Assembly: GCA_051294905.1 (NCBI GenBank)
Contig: CM119372.1
Span: 38,690,001 to 38,754,000, forward strand
Origin: Botryllus schlosseri
Taxonomy: Eukaryota
DNA: 64,000 nt
Direction: 5' to 3'
Shown here: positions 25,901 through 35,453 of the stretch, in pieces
How positions within the stretch are numbered: the stretch's first letter is position 1
Layout of the letters: the number at the start of each line of letters is the position of its first letter
Notes under the pieces: generated by a model
The model's database searches: none
Seen by the model: only the letters and a program-made list of their open reading frames with translations
What the model was told of the DNA's origin: nothing
Position numbers and translations under genes: made by a program

Positions 25901-28900
25901 AAGTACTAGCAGATTTTCAATATCTGCATGCCCATTACGTATTGCATCTTTTGACACAGCTTATTTCTCTTACACTCAACGCAGTTTAGTACCATGTTTC
26001 TAACTTTCTGTAATCGTTGCCGCTGTCCGGTATAATGAAATCTGTCATGTCTAGATCGTGAACAGTTGGAGATTGAAGTTGCAACACTGAAAATGACCTT
26101 CACCCCAAGGCCCACCAGGTTGCTGCAAACGTTTGATGTCTTGTTGACGCGAAAGAGTACAGTGATGTATACGCAGCAACTATGAAGGCTGAAAGCGTGT
26201 TTGATTCAACTTATCGTTGTGAACCAGCCTTTTCGGAAATGAAATTTATCAAAAACAAACACAGAACACGCCTCACTATCTCACACCGGGCGAGATAGTG
26301 TAATGGTGGTGCGCCGTGGGTTCGATCCCCGGCTAGGTCAGACGGTAACGCATCTCCGTCGTCAAAGCATCTCGACGGTGCGGGCCATAACGAATACCCA
26401 CTTTCTCTATTCTCTCTCACATGGAACACTCACTCAGAGTTTCAGTGTCAAGTTATACATACCAGAATATACAGCGCACTAGTTAATACCACGCAATGCC
26501 AGGCTCATTCCCACTGACTGATATAGAAACAGATAACATGATGTTCACTGTCCAGTCTAAAGTGTCACATGATTTATTATCAAATTCGAGTTGACTGTTG
26601 TTGTAGAATTTATAAAAAAAAAATGGTGCGAAGTAATTCATGATTTCTTAAAAAGAGCTTGGTGGTTAGCTAGTTTTAATGAGGTGTTTTGATTTAGAAG
26701 ACTCTCTTAGAAGTCTTACCGCAATGTGATTCCTGCCCAGTGCTATGAATATCATAGCGGAAATTGAGTCTGGTGCAGGTAAACGACGGGAGTAAATGGT
26801 AGCCCGTCGCTTCAATTAGTACTCAAGAAGTAGCTCTTGGTTGCAAAAAGGTTGATGACCCCTGGACTCTAACAGACTTGGACACCTAGATTATCCTAGC
26901 CGTATAATTCGACTAATTAGAGCAGCGGCTCTCAAACTTTTTTACTCAGGGCGATTTGAAAACGTTCCGCGACCTCATCTCTCAATTTGGCGTCATGTTT
27001 ACTAAAAACTGATCAGCACCTTCGTCTAAGCCTACTCACGGCCAATGTCTGGAAGCTGTCGACTACATGTGCACTTGTGCAGTGACCACAATCATGCAAT
27101 TATGAAATCTTCCACATCGGTCCTTAGATTAATAAACTCAATCAAGAGTATAGCAAGGTTTTCTGGAATGATTTCTATCTATATCCAATCGAGGCAGGCA
27201 AGTAGGCCTATTCCTACGTGAATTTTTGCGTCATGTGAAATGCAGATAACGATCTATGATTTCTTCGATAACGATCTTTAACTAATGTTGGCTTATTGTT
27301 CTGTTAACGGATAGCGCTACCGGTCGCCTGTAATTTTCCCGGAGGGAAAATTTACCGTCTTATTGGTTTCTATGCTACCTACACTATAATGTAAAATCTT
27401 CATGCTAATGGCCAAACATCCACCTTACGTTATAGTAGGTGGCGCTGTAAAATGACACCTCGACTCACTGGCGTAGCAGCATGTGCTGCCGCCCCTGGCT
27501 CTCGCTTAAAATGCCGCCCCCCTAAGTAGACCGAAGCAAATTTCGATATAGATTCATGTTCAAGCAATCTTTTCAATAAAAATTATTTCAACTAATATAG
27601 GGTTGCCATATTTTTGTGACGCAAATTCCGGACACTCTTTAGCGCCCACTAGCGGATTTTAAAATGAGGTGTAACACATTGACCGTCAATATGACGTCAC
27701 AATAGCCAAGCATTGACTATCGACTGTATACACCTGGGGCGGCCAACCTTTCGGGCCAAAGGGCCACATTAGATGTACGAACCATTGCGCGGACCACTTA
27801 ATGTTGATAACCATTTGTTAGGTAATGGCGAAAACAATACTTACATTACTACGCGCCAAAATCGATTACAATTTTGTCATGAAAAGTCAGTGTGCAGTGC
27901 ACTCAGGTCCCAACCGCTGCTAAAATTTCTGAAAGTTTATGAACGTATTCGGTCTATAATAATGTTATTGCATATATTGCGGGTCGAATCTATATACCGC
28001 TAGGCTCATTTGGCAAGGACCTGATTAATCGGTTCTTGGGCATATTAATATCGAATATTTCTGGCTTCGGAAAATATGCGTCTAACGTTTTGCGCAAAGG
28101 TTTTATCGCCAACGATCTTTCTGCCATAGCAGACTAGAACTTGTTGGACGACACGTTCTCTCATAATTTCGAATATAGTCCGACTCAATTCTGTAAATTG
28201 GGCGTATTTTTAAATTTTATTCTGCAGGGGGGTACCAATACTAAAACAAAGAAATTGAGTGACAATAAATCGCGAAAAGTTCTAAGAAAATATCAAGTCA
28301 AATAAATCGGTCACGAAATATGATACTGCTTGGTCAGGTACGAAGATCTACGGAAAATGTGTCTGTCCCTAGCTACGCCAATGCGTCAGAACTGATATTT
28401 TAGTTATCAACGTCATACATTCCGTGGTCAGGTTAATCAAATTTTTAGTTGGCCTTGCCAGTTCACTATAAATTACCCGGCTAATTGATTTTTTGTGATA
28501 TGACTAATTTCGAGAATTACGTCGCGGGCCACTCAAACCCTTCTCGTGAGCCACATTTGGCCCGCGCGCCACGGGTTAGCCGCCCATGGTATACACTATA
28601 TAAGAGTGGAATGGAACATATGTCATACATTGGGCCATCTGTAATGTGAGCTCTGGTGATTGCTACTTGCTAGGGTCTGCAATGGATTCCTTCACGGGCC
28701 GGATGAAATCTGCTGGCGGGCCGTGTCTGGCCTGTCAGGATTGTGTGTGACAGTCCTGCTATACTGTCAGGTCGGTGCGGCTATCTGTTTATTTGTTTTA
28801 GTCAGATTAGAAACAACTTTTTTCTGCCCCTTCCGCCCAAAAAGCACTAATCTTGGGCCCGCCATAGGGTAGTCGATGTAACTTGCTCGGCACTTACTAT

Positions 28901-31900
28901 ATGCATTTGACTGTTAAATTTTATGTATGAATTCTGTCAATAATATTGATTCTTCCATATATTAAGCTACTATAAAATGAACCAGCAGGTTGCACATCCT
29001 GTGATTTCCAACCTTTTATGGTCGTGACCTGATTTCCCACTTGAAAATGTTCCGTGGCAAAGCTCAAAATTTGATAAGCTGATTACTAAAAAAATTCAGC
29101 TTGCTCAAACTTACTCGCGGCCTAGGAAGCTGATTACGTCCAACATCATCGCGATCCCCAGATAAAGGCTAACGACCCCAAAATTTGGAACCACTGTCTG
29201 TGACTGAAGCATCCAATCGGCCTTAAGCAACTCTATAGGAATATACCGTTGTCCATTAGCTTATAATTGCGATTACAATCAGACTATTATTTCAGTAAAT
29301 GATGGTTATTTATAATTATTTTGATTGCATTTATTGGCGAGGGTGATGCCTGGTTCCCTATCCTAATATCATTATACGTTGCATGAACTCGCACGCGGCG
29401 CGAAGAACAATTTTGGTTAGCATAAATCTGCTTGAAAATAATATTGTTTATGTTGATTTACGAAAAACGTTTGAGCTTGCTTTAAGCCTTCAAAATTCCG
29501 GACATTTAGGCATATTTTAGAAATTCCTCCCGGATGCAAATTTTTCAGTGAAATTCCTGACATGTCCGGGAAATTCCGGACGTATGGCAACCCTAAACTA
29601 ATATGCCGCGTCTCAGCCTCACCGTCTTAACGTTAATAAGGCCAAAAATAATAAAGACAAGAAATAGCGCACGACTGTATTTCATTTTCGAGTCTTAATT
29701 AACACTTGTATAAATTTAAGCACAATCTGCCAATCTCACAATTATTACCAACTTATACAGCTCCTAGGACTGGTTTACCTTCGCAGCTATCTCGGTCTGC
29801 TGTACCAAATCGTAACTATAGGGCTGGGCACAATGATACGAGTACTCCAATCTGATGATTCAAGTCGAGTAGTAAAAGACGATTTTTTTCGAGTACTGAA
29901 ATTATACGCTCCTCGCCATTGATGATAATTTATCAACGAGAATTATAGTTTCGATACTATTTTCCACTGAGGAAGCCTTGAAACATTGATTGGCCGTATC
30001 GCAGCATACAAAACATGTAGTGCAAAGTTATAAAGTTTACTGGAAATACCGCATTTCAGAAGTCATGATCATCCCTCAACATTGTCACAAAATGCAATCA
30101 AATCAGTATGGTCGAAAAAATACCAAAGTATCTTTAATGTGATGTATAACAGGCATTATATTCTTTGTGGTTGCATAAAAGGTACATATTTGAACTGTGA
30201 CATATAGCATTCTGTTTTGTTAATGAGTGATACACAAATACACGACTCTACTCGACTCGAAGCATAATAAGTGATTCAGAATCGAATCACTCAGGTACTC
30301 GATTTTGTCCAGCCCTAATCGTAACCCAGAGTATAGATCACTAACCTACGGATAGATGGGCAACTTAGTTGTCACACTTGAATACCCACTACCCAGACAC
30401 TACTGATGAGACAGGTAAAAGCAGCATAATTGGTCATGGTCATCCTATAGTTGACCAGGCCCTCCGTGCGGTCAAATTTAAGAATACTGATCTTAATCGA
30501 AAGCTATATCGTTGGCCTGATTACGGAAATACAATTTAAATGCTGGTCTGAAAATCGGTAATTTCCCGAATAATCGCTCGATATAATTTCCATTAGCATG
30601 GTCGATTGGTCATTGTGTTGCGGCGCTCCGCCATTGTTAGGAGCAATCGGCCTTGACGGCTATTTTGGACTGGTTCCATTGTCATGTTAACATATTCGAA
30701 ATCAGCGCGACACTAGCTTTCGATTGCGACCAGTCTGAATAAATTTTAGCTCACGGGACGCCAGCTATGAACTACCAATTACGCTGCTTTTATCCGGCTG
30801 CATATCTACACTGTGCACTGTGTATCAGAGATGAGCATGGATTAGGATTAGGATTTGAAAAAACAGGATTTGTGAAATTTTGTCGGCTTTGGATTGGATT
30901 AGGATTAGAGATTTTTTTCTGAACGGATTAGGATTTGGATTGGATTCACCAATTTTCTTGGAGATTGATATGTCGTGTGGCGAATGGCTACAAACTTTAT
31001 TCAGACCAGTTAATGATGTACTTATGGTTACTAAGTTATCTTGAATCAAGGGTATCGTTGGTTGTGAAAGAATAATTTCTAATCCCTGCGTTGCATTTAT
31101 TAGCATTTTTTCTGAATTTCCAGTTGGAATCGGATTAGGATTGGACATGGACTTGAATATGAAGAAGTTATGGAATAGGATTAGGATTTGGATTTGAAGG
31201 TTCGGATTTGGATTGGATTAGGACATAGAAATTCCAAATCCGCTCATCTCTGCTGTGTATAGCCTCATTCTGTCGCCCCCTTGGAGCCTGCCGCCCCTGG
31301 CGCAGAGCCAGAACCGCCAAGTGGCTGCTACGCCACTACCTCGACTGATCTCATACTTTGTTTGCCGGGCTCGCATTTCCTCAGACGAGGTCGTTTTTTT
31401 ATCAACTTTGGAAAATGAACTAAAATATTCAGAAATGAATCGGCGATAGCATCGCTTGATTGACATTCTTGTCATTGGTACATAATTATAGTCTCCACGA
31501 CCCCAGAGACTAAGCACCCTCCTCCCATTGAGGTCGCGACCCCTAGTTTGGGAACCCCTGAATTAGAAATAATGCCGGTAATCTAATTATAATCTAATTT
31601 GTCAAATGTTTCTATAATGCTCTAATTCTATAATTTGGATGTAATACTGATTTCCTGAAATTGCTACAAGATATCTGTATAGCGCGAGTGCTGTACAGAT
31701 ATTCGCTGTTCTCGTAGGCCTACCTGTGCGACTCAACTCCTGACTTGATATGAACTGTAGTGACTGAACTTGAATTTTCGTTGTATTTCCCGCTGATTCG
31801 GAGTTTAATTCAATTACCAAGTTTTTTGCGAATTCAATATTTCTACTTACAATCCAACCCTGCTTAGCAACAATTTTATTTTTAATGTATTTCGAAAAAC

Positions 31901-34881
31901 GAAAGATCTCTAGTTGTTGAACTCTGGTGTGGTAAGTCTTATAGAAATCTCGCTGAACATGTTAATCAAAATTGAAAATTCAAGTATGTCAATAAAATCA
32001 GAGATAAATAATACCCACAAATATTTTTTATCAACATGTATTGTGGTCATATAGGGACGGACAACACAAATCAGTGATTAAAAGTAAATTTGTATTCTTT
32101 TAGTGTCATATGATTTGAGTCGTGCATGATCGAATGAGTTTTTTTCCGAAAGTCGAATCAGATAAGGCCAAGCGAAGCAGCAGTCATGTCATCGCTTTGC
32201 GGTATATCATTCACTCTAGCAAGGCGTTTCAGATTGGCATCGCCCGATGATGAGAGTAGCCAATTTGCACAAGTCGATCATACCGTAAAATATTTCTCAA
32301 CACCGGAAGCCATGGCGTATTCGAGCATGCATAACATATAAAACTATAGATATGTATGCACCTAGGGTTATCGTACGTCCTCCTTTAGGAGGATTTGTCC
32401 GCCTTCATCAGGTTTTTGAAAATGTCCTGTGAAGACGCCTAAATGTCCTCCTTTTTGAGATTTTGTTCTCTTTTTTTTAAATGTTTGGTAAATATAGGGC
32501 AAAATTCGACTGAGATACAGTGAATCAGCACTGAAGTAACGCTCCGGCGGCTATTTCGGGAGCTGAGCCGGAAAGTTGACTTTTGTTTAGTCAACCAACG
32601 GAAAATGTGACTGAAAAATCTGTATTCTGGCCGTTGAGCCGGAAAACTGACCCTTTTTTTAGTCAGCCAACGGAGTAGCGTATCTGAAAGAAAAACTGTG
32701 ACTTTTTTTAGTCAACCAACAACAAAGTCGTGAAAAATTTACCATTTTTCCGAATTTAACTCCACTACTCTAACTCTGAAAATTTTGAAAATGTGTCCTA
32801 GTTTCCCGATTCCAAAACATGGTAACATTAATGTACTGTAGCACTTATCAGAGCATTTCTGGTAAGCTGTGTCAGTTGAATAATGAGAAAGTAATGATTC
32901 GATACTATTCGGGAGTAGACATTGGACGCCTATTCGGTTTCCCTTCCCTCGCGCTGGCCGTATAAATAACAGCTGTTTAGGACTGTAACATGTCGTAAAG
33001 TAGACCAGACTACATTCGCATATCCGATAATATGTACCAGTTTTATAGGCTCATCACTTCGCGACAATAATACGCTGGTATCCACTACTGTCGATCAACA
33101 ATAGACGTTCCGGGAAGCAGCAATTAATTTCAGGAGTCAATAACTGAGAATTTGATCGTTTTTAAAGCAAAAATACCTACGTCTTGCAATCTGGGTTTTC
33201 AGAAATAGAATGTAGTTTTGGGATAAATTTGCCTCACTAGCATGAGTGAAATCTCATGAGAACCTCGATAAATAGCCAATATATCACGAAAAAGTAGGAC
33301 CATTTGTAGTGTCATTCGACAATTCGCACTGAAGATACATCTTGCAGTTTCGAAATTAGCAACCTCCGATTACCTGCAAAAATTAGGCGACCGATCGACC
33401 AAATCTACGTCTCCTACTACTTACCTAAATTGTTTTCATTTTCTACATCCACTTGATGTAGTATTGATATGGCTTGAAAATCGATACTTCTCCTGCATTA
33501 ACTGAATAAAAAAGCTCGACGTTACTTCTAATTCTACGAAGATGACTTTGACATCCCCTGATTCTTAAAATGGTTTTTGTACATCTTTAGATTTGTGGTG
33601 CCGATCGGAGCTACTATCAACATGGACGGAACTGCTCTTTACGAAGCGGTAGCAGCCATCTTCATTGCCCAATTGAACGGGATATACCTCAATTTCGGTC
33701 AAATCATCACTGTAAGGTGGGAAGTTGATCAAATTGCCTTCCATCAGGGCAATTAATTTCATGCATATTGTTCACACAGTTTGACAGCGACTTTAGCCAG
33801 TATCGGTGCTGCTGGTGTGCCCCAAGCTGGACTTGTCACGTTGGTCATCGTACTCAGTGCTGTGGGACTCCCGTCGGACGATATATCCTTGATTTTGGCC
33901 GTCGATTGGCTCCTGTAAGTATAACCCCTTAACTGAAAAATGAAGCAGTGTTTTCAAGATCATATTTGCATTTTTAGGGACCGAATTCGAACCACTGTAA
34001 ATGTGCTCGGCGACTCGATAGGGGCCGGCGTTCTGCAGAGGCTGTCGCGTAAAGAGTTGGAGACGAAGTCGAAGGACTTTGAAAACGATGCGTACCAAGA
34101 CAGCGATTACGAGACAACCTCAACGGTTTCCGAGTCGGGCTCATTTCCTGTAAGTAGTTTGGTGGCCTTTATGCAACAGTGGGAATGTTCACCACAGTCG
34201 GAATACACCACGTAACGGGTAAATAGCTATGGTCACGAGCCAGGGATTCCCTGCGCATGTTTGTTTGGTTGTTTATCGATAGGGTTGATGCAATGTAGAA
34301 TTGGAGTCCGCAAAGGATTGTTTTTATTTTATTTATATTTATTTAATCCTGAGTGAGTGAAGTAAATATTAACTTTAATGTAGTAGTTTCATCGGTAGAT
34401 TGAAGTATTTGGCTGTATTAAGTGCTGTCTTGTATACCATGTGATGCTAAATCCCGTCAAATATGATTGAAATCGAACCCCTGGTATTGGCCAAGGCGTG
34501 AATTTAATTGATTGACTTCATCAACTCTGTATTACTGTCTATATTTCTTTCCCTGTCTTATAAGTATCTTGAATTGATGAAAATTGCAACACAGTGATAC
34601 TGATGTAGGTGTGATCAGACTAGTTGACCTCCACGGTCGTATCGATCACTCCTATCTGATGCCGAATACTGTGGATGCATATTGTCTGTAGCACCATCAT
34701 TGACGTCTATTTGTTATGTGTTTTGGTTGGATGAAAGTAAAAACACTTCCTCTCTCTCTTTCTGATACTAATAGTGAATAATGTCGATTTGCAGAAGATT
34801 TATCCAAACAGCGACAAACGGAAAATAGAATACGGCAATGAGAACGTGGCGTACGCTGATGAGTCATCTACAAGTTTATAA
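7705..34881 (+). CDS. Excitatory amino acid transporter (SLC1A/EAAT family), complete 12-exon gene, 527 aa
   Basis: join(7705-7927,9155-9277,13386-13467,13949-13991,17966-18097,19012-19169,24625-24826,25261-25361,33591-33716,33780-33914,33978-34149,34795-34881) = 1584 nt, all GT-AG, no internal stop. Family motifs: [70 protein letters not shown]. One-to-one orthology to a vertebrate SLC1A paralogue cannot be assigned by eye. Confidence 0.95.
8165..8826 (+). mobile_element. 5'-truncated LINE (CR1/L2 group, Crack/Daphne-like) 3' end, interrupted by a hAT MITE
   Basis: Homologous to ~38690-39040 (GAGCATGTCC..AAGTCGAA; CGCCTAGGCCAAGGTGG..GACTACTCCAAGTCG). Ends in AATAAA plus a (TACTGA)n tail. 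Confidence 0.8.
8391..8682. mobile_element. hAT MITE (internally deleted relative of 16457-16873)
   Basis: CATTGGTTGCCAACC...CCACTG with TSD GCCTAGGC/GCCTAAGC. Removing it restores the LINE 3' UTR seen at ~38920. Confidence 0.8.
9155..9277 (+). CDS. SLC1A/EAAT coding exon 2 (TM3)
   Basis: tttacag| [41 protein letters not shown] |gtaatg; phase 1/1. Confidence 0.95.
13386..13467 (+). CDS. SLC1A/EAAT coding exon 3
   Basis: ttgcag| [27 protein letters not shown] |gtatgc; phase 1/2. DAILDILR matches the family DAxLDLIR motif. Confidence 0.92.
13949..13991 (+). CDS. SLC1A/EAAT coding exon 4 (43-nt exon)
   Basis: tttttcag| [14 protein letters not shown] |gtaaat; phase 2/0. Confidence 0.95.
15061..15335 (+). 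mobile_element. tRNA-derived SINE (family shared with 24965-25250)
   Basis: A-box-like TGGCGTAATGG and degenerate B-box GATTCGAGTTC. Body and 3' end (TGTAAATGACC..GTCGAC.AACAC.ATGA.TACCACAAAC) align with the 24965 copy. Confidence 0.7.
16457..16873. mobile_element. hAT MITE with TCGCCCCC subterminal repeats
   Basis: CAGTGGTTCCCCAAC...TTTGGAGCCACTG with TSD ATATAGGT/ATATAGAT. The same right end occurs at ~3860-3996. Confidence 0.8.
17966..18097 (+). CDS. SLC1A/EAAT coding exon 5 (large extracellular loop)
   Basis: tatttcag| [44 protein letters not shown] |gtaagt; phase 0/0; contains an NVS sequon. Confidence 0.85.
19012..19169 (+). CDS. SLC1A/EAAT coding exon 6 (TM4c-TM5)
   Basis: ttgcag| [25 protein letters not shown]...[13 protein letters not shown] |gtcagt; phase 0/2. 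Confidence 0.95.
19247..19951. mobile_element. hAT MITE (related copy begins at 57629)
   Basis: CAGGGGCGTCGAAA...TTTGACACCCTTG with TSD ATTTAATT/ATTTAACC. The interior matches 57629-57670 plus 58728-59180. Confidence 0.75.
19972..21444. repeat. Long inverted repeat / foldback element (arms ~600 bp, spacer ~285 bp) in SLC1A intron 6
   Basis: 19972-~20568 is the near reverse complement of ~20852-21444. The ORF track shows mirror peptides (20166..20411- versus 20963..21250+). Confidence 0.95.
23572..23724 (+). mobile_element. Retroposon 3' end (LINE/SINE tail); second copy at 34611-34762
   Basis: GTGATCAGACTAGTTGACCT.CACGGTCGTATCGATC...TTTTGGTTGGATGAAA followed by AATAAA and a (CT)n tail. Confidence 0.7.
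24058..24303. mobile_element. Left part of a TAGGGAT-ended MITE with GAACCT/GGTTC repeats (same family as 39278-48931)
   Basis: Colinear with 39278-39426 plus 41333-41441. Carries ATGACGTCACGTGACGTCAT. Confidence 0.8.
24625..24826 (+). CDS. SLC1A/EAAT coding exon 7 (TM5-TM6)
   Basis: cctcag| [20 protein letters not shown]...[27 protein letters not shown] |gtattt; phase 2/0. Confidence 0.95.
24965..25250 (+). mobile_element. tRNA-derived SINE filling most of SLC1A intron 7
   Basis: A-box-like CAGCGTAGTGG and B-box GTTCGAATCT (25017-25026). Homologous to 15061-15335; a head-only relative lies near 50700-50830. Confidence 0.75.
25261..25361 (+). CDS. SLC1A/EAAT coding exon 8 (HP1)
   Basis: ctttcag| [34 protein letters not shown] |gtaagc; phase 0/2. 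Confidence 0.96.
26051..26517 (+). pseudogene. hAT transposase C-terminal (hATC) remnant, frameshifted and SINE-interrupted
   Basis: 26140-26277 reads [46 protein letters not shown], resembling the FxSTYxCExxFSxMKxxKxxxRxRLT motif of Buster/SPIN/GTF2IRD2-type transposases. After the SINE it continues [26 protein letters not shown]. Confidence 0.85.
26286..26421 (+). mobile_element. Short tRNA-derived SINE inserted in the transposase remnant
   Basis: A-box TAGTGTAATGG, B-box GGTTCGATCCC, CT-rich tail; flanked by TCTCACA repeats (26279-26285, 26415-26421). Confidence 0.75.
27598..29595. mobile_element. TAGGGTTGCC-ended hAT element with TCCGG repeats (composite; sister copy 45088-48522)
   Basis: TIR TAGGGTTGCCATA...TATGGCAACCCTA, perfect TSD AACTAATA. 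Confidence 0.9.
27734..28588. mobile_element. hAT MITE nested in 27598-29595
   Basis: CTGGGGCGGCCAACC...GGTTAGCCGCCCATG, perfect TSD GTATACAC. Confidence 0.85.
29819..30317. mobile_element. TAGGGCTG-ended MITE with CGAGT/ACTCG repeats
   Basis: TAGGGCTGGGCACAA...TTGTCCAGCCCTA; ATCGTAAC on both flanks (2 extra nt on the left). Confidence 0.75.
30826..31252. mobile_element. hAT MITE with GGATT(A/T/G) tandem arrays
   Basis: CAGAGATGAGC...GCTCATCTCTG, perfect TSD CTGTGTAT. Confidence 0.88.
32363..32830. mobile_element. TAGGGTTACC-family MITE (GTCCTC/GAGGAC repeats); many copies in window
   Basis: Homologous to 43829-44239, ~49400-49716, ~50040-50224, 52639-53093 and ~56688-56997. Confidence 0.8.
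33591..33716 (+). CDS. SLC1A/EAAT coding exon 9 (TM7, NMDGT)
   Basis: ctttag| [42 protein letters not shown] |gtggga; phase 2/2. Confidence 0.96.
33780..33914 (+). CDS. SLC1A/EAAT coding exon 10 (HP2-TM8)
   Basis: cacacag| [45 protein letters not shown] |gtaagt; phase 2/2. Confidence 0.96.
33978..34149 (+). CDS. SLC1A/EAAT coding exon 11 (TM8 and tail)
   Basis: tttttag| [27 protein letters not shown]...SESGSFP |gtaagt; phase 2/0. Confidence 0.92.
34611..34762 (+). mobile_element. Retroposon 3' end in the last SLC1A intron
   Basis: Homologous to 23572-23724; (CT)n tail; TGATACT(G/A)AT on both sides is TSD-like. Confidence 0.7.
34795..34881 (+). CDS. SLC1A/EAAT coding exon 12 (C-terminus)
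   Basis: tttgcag| [28 protein letters not shown]; phase 0 fits the donor at 34150. Ends in a class I PDZ-type T-S-L. Confidence 0.75.
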   Translation, partial: KIYPNSDKRKIEYGNENVAYADESSTSL

Positions 34882-35200
34882 GCGACAAGCTTGGATAACC
34901 ATGCTATCAACAGCCTAATGGAGCAATTTACATGAACTGGATGTCAATATCTGCTATCTCAGATAAATTCCTCTTTTATACAGCAACTATTATGCATAAG
35001 ATATTTTGTAAAATGCAGTAACGTCAACATGATGGTTTGTATATATATCATGTATATGGAGAATGGGCCGACATCGAGTCATGTCATAGGCCACATGTTA
35101 TGAAATGACATTCGAATCCAAAGAAAATTGACAAGAGCTATGAAACAAATTCTACCATTCCTGTGATTACCTCGTTTATTGCTTGTAAAATATTGATGAA

Positions 35201-35206
35201 AATAAA
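35201..35206 (+). terminator. Candidate polyadenylation signal of the SLC1A gene
   Basis: First AATAAA I found after the stop at 34881 (320 nt downstream), followed by T/GT-rich sequence. Confidence 0.55.
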
Positions 35207-35453
35207 GTTTTTTTCATACCGTGTCAGACGTTTATATTGTTTTATATGTAGGTCATGGGTCGGGAACCTATGGCTCGTGAGCAGTGTAAGGACTCTTTCG
35301 ATGATGACTTTGAAACTAGGGTTACCTTATTTGGGAATTGAGAAAGTACGACACTTTTACCAAATCATTGAAGTTATTTGAACGAAATTGAAAACAGCAG
35401 GTTTTGACATAATTACTGGAAATCTTGTTGTGTTGAGTAAAAATGGTCATCAC

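Larger units (their letters stand above)
25468..26864 (+). mobile_element. Internally deleted hAT (Buster/SPIN-like) transposon
   Basis: TIR CAGGGGTCACCAAAC...GGTTGATGACCCCTG. Flanks TTCTAACA / (GA)CTCTAACA are TSD-like. Contains a transposase remnant. Confidence 0.85.
27466..31338. mobile_element. hAT-type MITE, outer shell of the intron-8 nest
   Basis: CACTGGCGTAGCAGC...GCTGCTACGCCACTA, perfect TSD CCTCGACT, subterminal TGCCGCCCC repeats. Confidence 0.85.

Noticed and set aside
30825..31148. 107-aa ORF with NPNP repeats, and the RLRL/DYDY ORFs at 45705-45994 and 47845-48111
   Set aside because: Translations of GGATT and CGATTA subterminal arrays of MITEs.
33565..34098. Antisense ORFs over SLC1A exons 9-11 (and at 13212-13560, 25257-25550)
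   Set aside because: Shadow frames of real coding exons with no independent evidence.
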